A stretch of DNA of 64,000 nucleotides from Limisphaerales bacterium (GTDB taxonomy: Bacteria > Verrucomicrobiota > Verrucomicrobiia > Limisphaerales > AAA164-E04): positions 3,797,591 through 3,861,590 of the forward strand of contig OZ242022.1 in NCBI GenBank assembly GCA_965204945.1. The letters are read 5' to 3'. Below, piece by piece: positions 58,787 to 64,000 of the stretch; the stretch's first letter is position 1; the number at the start of each line of letters is the position of its first letter. The notes beneath the pieces are model-generated. The model did no database searches. It worked only from the letters and a program-made list of their open reading frames with translations, and was not told where the DNA came from. Made by a program: the position numbers and the translations under genes.

Positions 58787-59245
58787 TTATTTCGGGTCTA
58801 AGTCTGACTTTTTCCTTTCTTCCAGCATGACGCAGGCCTCCAGCGCAAGGAGGTAGGAGGCGACGCCGAATCCGCAGATTTGGCCTTGACAGACGGGCGC
58901 GATCAACGAGCGATGCCGAAATTCTTCGCGATTGTGGATGTTCGAAAGGTGAATTTCGATGCTGGGAATACCTGTTCCGCAAATCGCGTCGCGCAACGCA
59001 ATGCTGGTGTGCGTGTAAGCCGCGGCGTTGATGACTAGATAGTCATGGTCGTTGGAAATCTCGTGAATCCACTCGACAAGTTGTCCTTCGGAGTTGGATT
59101 GGCGAAATCCGACTTCGATGTTGCGACTGGCGGCCCGTTGGCGCAACAACGAGGCAATGTCGCTGAGGTTGGTTCTGCCGTAAACTTCCGGCTGTCGGAC
59201 ACCCAGTAGATTCAGATTGGGGCCGTTGAGGTAACAAACTTTCAT
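58787..59245 (-). CDS. aroQ: type II 3-dehydroquinate dehydratase
   Basis: LNGPNLNLLGVRQPEVYG, INAAAYTHTSIALRDA and IEIHLSNIHNREEFRH blocks are present. The start was trimmed to ATG 59245 (152 aa). The track ORF extension overlaps the upstream gene. Confidence 0.9.
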   Translation of the reverse strand: MKVCYLNGPNLNLLGVRQPEVYGRTNLSDIASLLRQRAASRNIEVGFRQSNSEGQLVEWIHEISNDHDYLVINAAAYTHTSIALRDAICGTGIPSIEIHLSNIHNREEFRHRSLIAPVCQGQICGFGVASYLLALEACVMLEERKKSDLDPK

Positions 59246-59270
59246 AATGCATGATTCCAACGAAGAGAAT

Positions 59271-60719
59271 TTAAGCGTCATCCGACGCGTTGGACTGGAA
59301 AGAATCTTGCCTAACTGCCCAGCCGAGTAAAAGAAAAAAAATCCAGGCCAGCGCGGGAATGTAAAGACCAAATTCCACAAAGCTCTGAAGAGAAAAGCCA
59401 AGCAAACCAAACCAAACCGCCCGCCGCACGGGAGACGCCCTCGCGTCTCGGCGCGTTTGAAAGATGCCCCACCAAACAATCCCGGCGTAAAGAAAGGCTC
59501 CCGGAAAACCGGAATCCGAGGCTTGCTGAAGATAGTCGTTATGCGCCAAGCGGGCCATTTCCGCCTCAGGCGGTTTGATTTTTTTGTAGCTTTCCTGAAA
59601 AGTCCCCGGCCCCGCGCCCAAGAAAGGATGGCTTGTCGCGGTGAACCAAGCGGCGCGCCAATAATCAAACCGAGCAACGACGCTGGTGGCGCCTTTCTCG
59701 AAGTAGCCGGAATACTTCCAGAAAAATCCAGCCAAGCCGCCAAGCAACACCAGCGCCAAACCCGCCATCTTCATCCAGTTCGAAATCCGCCGCCGCGTCC
59801 AAATAAAAACCAAAACCAACGCCAAACTCACCAACCAACCAGATTTGGATTCCGTCCAATAAAGACAAGCCAAAGCCGACAAAAACAAAATTCCAACAAG
59901 CAAAACGCGGCTCGGAACTTGAAGAAACGCCGTCATCCGCCAAAGCGCGACAGAGCACAACGGGGTCAGCAAAATAAGGCCGCCAGCCAATGCGTTCGGA
60001 TAAAAAAGCGTGGAAAAAATGCGATTCTTGGCAATCTTTTCCAAAAAAGCGGAATCGTGTTTTTCCCAATCAGGCGACGCATAGAGCATTTCTCTCGAGG
60101 CCTCCAAACCTCCAAAACGTTGACTGAATCCGCCCCAAAGAACCAATAGAAAGCCGATCAAAAGCGCGGTTCGAAATCCGCGGAGCTCTTTTTCCCGGCC
60201 AAGAACAAAGTATCCCAAATAAAAAAGAACCACCAAACTGGAAAAATGATCCAGAACCGCCGTCGTCCATTCGTTGTGGACGGTATGGATCGCGCTGAGG
60301 CATTGCCACCCCCACCAAAGCGCCGGCAGAAAAAGGAACCACCAAACAGCATGAGAACGAGGCCTCGCCCGAACTTGCAAAACGGCCTTCATCCGCCGAG
60401 ATGATTGAAAGAAACCGAAGAGCAAAGCCGCCGCCAGAACCAAAACGGCCAGCAATCCGTAACCGATAACGGTTGGCCACAGAGGAGAGAAGAACCATTC
60501 GATCCCTGTTTTTGGAAAGCCGACCCGATGCGCCAGTATTGCGGGCGTGCCAAACTTCAAAATGGCAAGCGCGGCAAAAAAGCCAGCGAAAACAGCCCAC
60601 AACCGAAACCAAAGCGCTTCGGCCTCTTGGCTTGGATCCCCGCAGAACGAGCGGATTGCTTGGGCTTCGGATCTTTGCCGGATTTCACGAGCCCCTTTCT
60701 TTGCCTTCTTCCGCCTCAC
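59271..60719 (-). CDS. O-antigen ligase/polymerase family (Wzy_C-type) polytopic membrane protein
   Basis: It has about 10-12 TM segments and a periplasmic-loop block ARLAHNDYLQQASDSGFPG. The proposed GTG start at 60719 overlaps the holB stop as GTGA. Confidence 0.7.
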   Translation of the reverse strand: MRRKKAKKGAREIRQRSEAQAIRSFCGDPSQEAEALWFRLWAVFAGFFAALAILKFGTPAILAHRVGFPKTGIEWFFSPLWPTVIGYGLLAVLVLAAALLFGFFQSSRRMKAVLQVRARPRSHAVWWFLFLPALWWGWQCLSAIHTVHNEWTTAVLDHFSSLVVLFYLGYFVLGREKELRGFRTALLIGFLLVLWGGFSQRFGGLEASREMLYASPDWEKHDSAFLEKIAKNRIFSTLFYPNALAGGLILLTPLCSVALWRMTAFLQVPSRVLLVGILFLSALACLYWTESKSGWLVSLALVLVFIWTRRRISNWMKMAGLALVLLGGLAGFFWKYSGYFEKGATSVVARFDYWRAAWFTATSHPFLGAGPGTFQESYKKIKPPEAEMARLAHNDYLQQASDSGFPGAFLYAGIVWWGIFQTRRDARASPVRRAVWFGLLGFSLQSFVEFGLYIPALAWIFFLLLGWAVRQDSFQSNASDDA

Positions 60720-62182
60720 AAGGAAATTTTGCGAATGGCAACCTCTATCGCCAACACCTCTTGAACATTTGTGTTCTGCAGCTGCCACAAGGACTTCTCC
60801 ACAATCTCGATGTTTTTCAGAGCCTTTGTCGGCGAGATTCGGTCTGCAATCCACCGGCTTTCCTGGGCGAGCTGGGGAAACCGCAAGAGCGATTCGTCAG
60901 CGCGAAGGGTATGAAGCCAAACATCGCGAAGAAACCATTGCAGTATCGATAGCAAATCTGCGCGTTGGCGGCGATATTCAGCTTCAATCGCGGCCGCCAG
61001 TTCCCGTTCGATGCGTTTGCGGAGATCAGGTTCGAGGTTGTCAGAATCCTGAGGAGGTGGTTTCTTGGCCGGCGTTTTTTTAGTCTTCTTTTTTTTCTTA
61101 AGAGGCGAGGCAGCGGTAAGCGTTTTCTCAATCTCCGTTTTTTTCTCATTCAAAATATCGACCAAATTGCCGGTGATTTTGCCGCGAGCGCCTTTGCGCC
61201 GGCCTTCTTCATACAGGCTAACTAGCCACATCACGGCCATCAGTTCCTGATCGCTTAGGAGAGAAATATGAGAGTCAGCGTCGGCACTGGTTTCGTCATT
61301 CCGCATTCTTTCGCACAGACCAACTAGCCACATCGAGGCCTTCACCTTCAGTTCCTGATCGCATAGAAAAATATGGGGGACAGCGTCGGCGCTAGTTTTG
61401 GTATTTTGAATTCTTTTGCACGAGTCAATTAGCCATTTCACCACCTCCAGTTGTTGTTCGCAACGTTTGCGGAGCTTCAGGGCTAGGCTATCAGAAGCCT
61501 TGCGAGATGAGGCGTCTTCAATCTTTTTTTCAGCCTCCGATTTTTTCTCATCCAACCAAATTTTGTCATTCCGGATTCTTTCGTACAGGTCAACTAGCTG
61601 TTTTTGGTCGGCCTCATTCAAAGCAGCCGCCCCGCCTCCGAGACGCAGTCGCTGGCATCGGGAGATAATTGTGTCCAACAACCGCTGCGGTTCGGTGCTC
61701 AATAACAAAATCACAGAACGCGCGGGCGGTTCTTCCAAAGTCTTGAGAAAGGCGTTTTGTGCCTGGACGTTCATCCGATCCGCTCCGGAGACAATAACCA
61801 CCTTGAAAGGCGAAGAGCGCGCTTTCAAGTGAACCGCATCCATGATTCCCCTTCTCGAATTCTCCTTTCTGCCCCGGATTTGGTCAATAGTAATGATTCT
61901 CGATTTGGATTCCGGCCGCACCCAGCTCACATCCGCTTGCTGAAAAGCGTCGATCTGTCGGCAAATCCGACATTGGCCGCAAAAGTCCAGTCCAACGCCC
62001 GAAGACGTCCGTTGGGGAGGCGTCTCGCAATTCAAAATTTTTGCCAAACGAATGGCAAAGTGATCCAGCGAGTCAATGTTCTTGCCAGAGATCAAATAGG
62101 CGTGGGCAAGACGATCCTTACGCAGACTCTCCCGAAAAATTTGGAGAGACCCTTCCTCGCCGGAGAAATCCGTAAACACCAT
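60716..62182 (-). CDS. holB: DNA polymerase III delta-prime subunit with an internal tandem-repeat insertion
   Basis: AHAYLISG, a Zn-module-like CGQCRICRQI and the SRC-type block ISRCQRL are present, along with VVIVSGADRMNVQAQNAFLKTLEEPP. At 488 aa it is longer than typical. Confidence 0.8.
   Translation of the reverse strand: MVFTDFSGEEGSLQIFRESLRKDRLAHAYLISGKNIDSLDHFAIRLAKILNCETPPQRTSSGVGLDFCGQCRICRQIDAFQQADVSWVRPESKSRIITIDQIRGRKENSRRGIMDAVHLKARSSPFKVVIVSGADRMNVQAQNAFLKTLEEPPARSVILLLSTEPQRLLDTIISRCQRLRLGGGAAALNEADQKQLVDLYERIRNDKIWLDEKKSEAEKKIEDASSRKASDSLALKLRKRCEQQLEVVKWLIDSCKRIQNTKTSADAVPHIFLCDQELKVKASMWLVGLCERMRNDETSADADSHISLLSDQELMAVMWLVSLYEEGRRKGARGKITGNLVDILNEKKTEIEKTLTAASPLKKKKKTKKTPAKKPPPQDSDNLEPDLRKRIERELAAAIEAEYRRQRADLLSILQWFLRDVWLHTLRADESLLRFPQLAQESRWIADRISPTKALKNIEIVEKSLWQLQNTNVQEVLAIEVAIRKISL
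61229..61435 (-). repeat. in-frame tandem repeat (units of 105 and 102 nt) within holB
   Basis: The ACTAGCCACATC/ATTAGCCATTTC unit starts recur at 61221, 61323 and 61428. The encoded units are WLIDSCKRIQNTKTSADAVPHIFLCDQELKVKASM and WLVGLCERMRNDETSADADSHISLLSDQELMAVM. Degenerate flanking copies are LVDLYERIRNDK (near 61597) and WLVSLYEEGRRKG (61228). Confidence 0.8.
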
Positions 62183-62921
62183 AAATCAAGGATAAGGGAA
62201 AAAGAAAGGCTTGTCCAAAGGAAAGTTGACACTTCCACGCACGCAACATTCCGCCAAGCCGGGTTCAACACCGGCTTCCACCAGCATCGTCACATAAATT
62301 AATCTCTACCCGCCGCTCACCAGTCGTTGGCAAGTAGCCAGCGGTGCCGATAATTGCAGTGAAAACGCACCAACAAACCCAAAAGCCACCTTCTCCCATC
62401 CCTCCTTCTAATCCCCAACTGCCGCCCAAATCAAAGAATTCCCTGCAAGCCCACTTACTCCCCCAATTCACCAACCACAAATAACCAACACCAAACCCCT
62501 ACTCAATCCACAAAATACTCCTTCATATAAAAGACGCCCTTCGCTACTCGAACAACCGTAAGTCACTAACCGCCATAACCTTCCTTTCTCTTGCATGAAC
62601 AATCACCAGCAATAAAAATATGTTCATCGCATCATTTGTTCTACAACATGGCAATCCCAACAAAATGCCATCGACCATCCAACCTCTCTCCAAAACAACA
62701 CCCCCAACACAAAGAAAAATCCACAACCAGCAATCAACTCCAACCGTTGACCATAAAGCCTAAAAAACACTTCCCTCCCACTAGCCACCCCAACAACGCC
62801 TACTCCCCATTTACCAAACACTAATCACCAAAACTTTCTTTTTGACAACGGCAAGGTGGAATTTCCCACCTCTTTGGCGAATTCAGCGACCAACTCGGCA
62901 CCAATAACCAATGAAACTCCT

Positions 62922-63708
62922 TCAAAGCGTAACCATCCATCTTCCCACACTTTGCAGTTTTACCATCCCTTTCCATTCTTCCCGTTCCACAAAACTTTCT
63001 TTCCCGCAACAGCAAAACAGACTAGTGAGTGTTGGCGCTAATGGAGCATGGCAAAGATGAGGGGGGAATGCGATGAGCCCCGTGAATATCCCCTCCAGTT
63101 TGTCCAAGCGGGAGAAGACTCGACGATAGCCTTTTAACCCCCAAAACAATCTCTCTGCTTCGTTGCGCTTTTTATACAATTCCTTGTCGTATTGCCAAGG
63201 ATGGCGACAGCTTTTCAAAAGAGGAACTACCGGATCCAATCCCATTGCTTAGGCTTGCTGGCGGTTCTCCTCGCCTTCATAATACGCCCTATCCATCAGC
63301 AAACAGAACTTTGGCCAGACGATTTCCTATCTTGCGAAGGAGTTTTCTCCCCGCAGGCGCATCATGCCCGTTTCCCGGAGACAAAGAAGAACTTCCCCCC
63401 GTGCGCTTCTTTGCGGCAAGCATGGGAATTTTAGTAGTCCAGCCTTCGCTGGACTTTCTGATGGACGGCGCGCCTTTTTTAGCGCGCTTGTTCCAGCGGG
63501 ATGAACCTTTATGCTCGCGCTGTCCGGCATCCGTTTTTCTGGCGGAGCGTCCGTCTGCGTCTTTGCCTTTAACTTTTCAAGCACTCTATTCCAAACGCCG
63601 CTTTTCGTCCAGCGGTTCACATGCGACAGTAAATGGTATTCCACTTTTTCTCTTTGTTTGGGCAAATGCGGCGCGATTTGTTAATATTGTTCTTCCGTGA
63701 ACTGCATA
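62922..63708 (-). mobile_element. decayed IS5-family (DUF4096 + DDE) transposase remnant
   Basis: Minus-strand fragments lie in different frames. MQFTEEQY*QIAPHLPKQREKV...HVNRWTKSGVWNRVLEKL is the N-terminal helix-turn-helix region, with an in-frame stop and an internal deletion. DSASIKVHPAG is DDE region 1. YDKELYKKRNEAERLFWGLKGYRRVFSRLDKL is the C-terminal DDE region. No inverted repeats were identified. Confidence 0.6.
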
Positions 63709-63754
63709 AATTCTAACAAAAAAAAGCCGCCGCGCCTAACACCATTAATGAGAT

Positions 63755-63988
63755 CTAATACACTCCGATATTGTGCTTGGCCGCAAATTCTTCGGGAGTG
63801 GGCGTCGGTTCGTATTTGGGAGGCTCAACGATACCTCGGCGCACCCAATCCTCGTATTTTTCATGCAAGCGTTCAATGTGCGCAATTCGCTCCGGTGACA
63901 ACGAAGTGGGCATTTCCTTGCCGACGGTTTTTTGGACTTGATCGCCGATTTTAGAACCAGTTCCTGCTGTGGAGGAATATGTATCCAT
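63755..63988 (-). CDS. hypothetical small protein (77 aa)
   Basis: The ORF is complete in the window and has non-repetitive composition. No family was recognised. Confidence 0.35.
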   Translation of the reverse strand: MDTYSSTAGTGSKIGDQVQKTVGKEMPTSLSPERIAHIERLHEKYEDWVRRGIVEPPKYEPTPTPEEFAAKHNIGVY

Positions 63989-64000
63989 GACGAGTAATGT

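Noticed and set aside
1-64000. CRISPR arrays, rRNA genes, and tmRNA / RNase P / SRP RNA
   Set aside because: No regularly spaced direct repeats and no conserved core motifs of these RNAs were seen by eye. The only repeats are the PEP-CTERM family modules, the holB tandem repeat and the A-tract duplications.

Overview
The window looks like a chromosomal segment from a PVC-superphylum (Verrucomicrobia-like) bacterium. That placement is an inference from PEP-CTERM proteins, a PSCyt/DUF1549/DUF1553 protein, a CotH/lamin-tail giant protein and PQQ-like propellers. I support about 47 CDSs, one tRNA-Glu(CUC), a decayed IS5-family transposase remnant, several hairpin terminators and three sigma70-like promoters. 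Housekeeping genes include galE, kdsA, trpG/pabA, ggt, fur, aroQ, holB, dprA and maf. The window also holds a type II R-M pair, an orphan GspE-like ATPase, a solitary bacterial dynamin-like GTPase, tandem SGNH-hydrolase paralogs, and a five-gene transporter, adenylate-forming enzyme, ALDH-like reductase and Fe-ADH operon. The strongest finding is a three-member PEP-CTERM surface-protein family (22051-22806, 26620-27370, 57389-58166, plus a 3' fragment at 26276-26410), all on the minus strand. Two members carry long poly-G tracts (23 and 17 nt) between the signal-peptide start codon and the mature domain, and both tracts are one nucleotide off the in-frame length. This looks like a slipped-strand phase-variation (contingency) system. 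All three genes share a promoter of identical geometry, and the two tract-bearing genes also share a nearly identical ~220-bp structured upstream element. No CRISPR array or rRNA was seen. All calls rest on reading the sequence and ORF translations by eye, with no database search.
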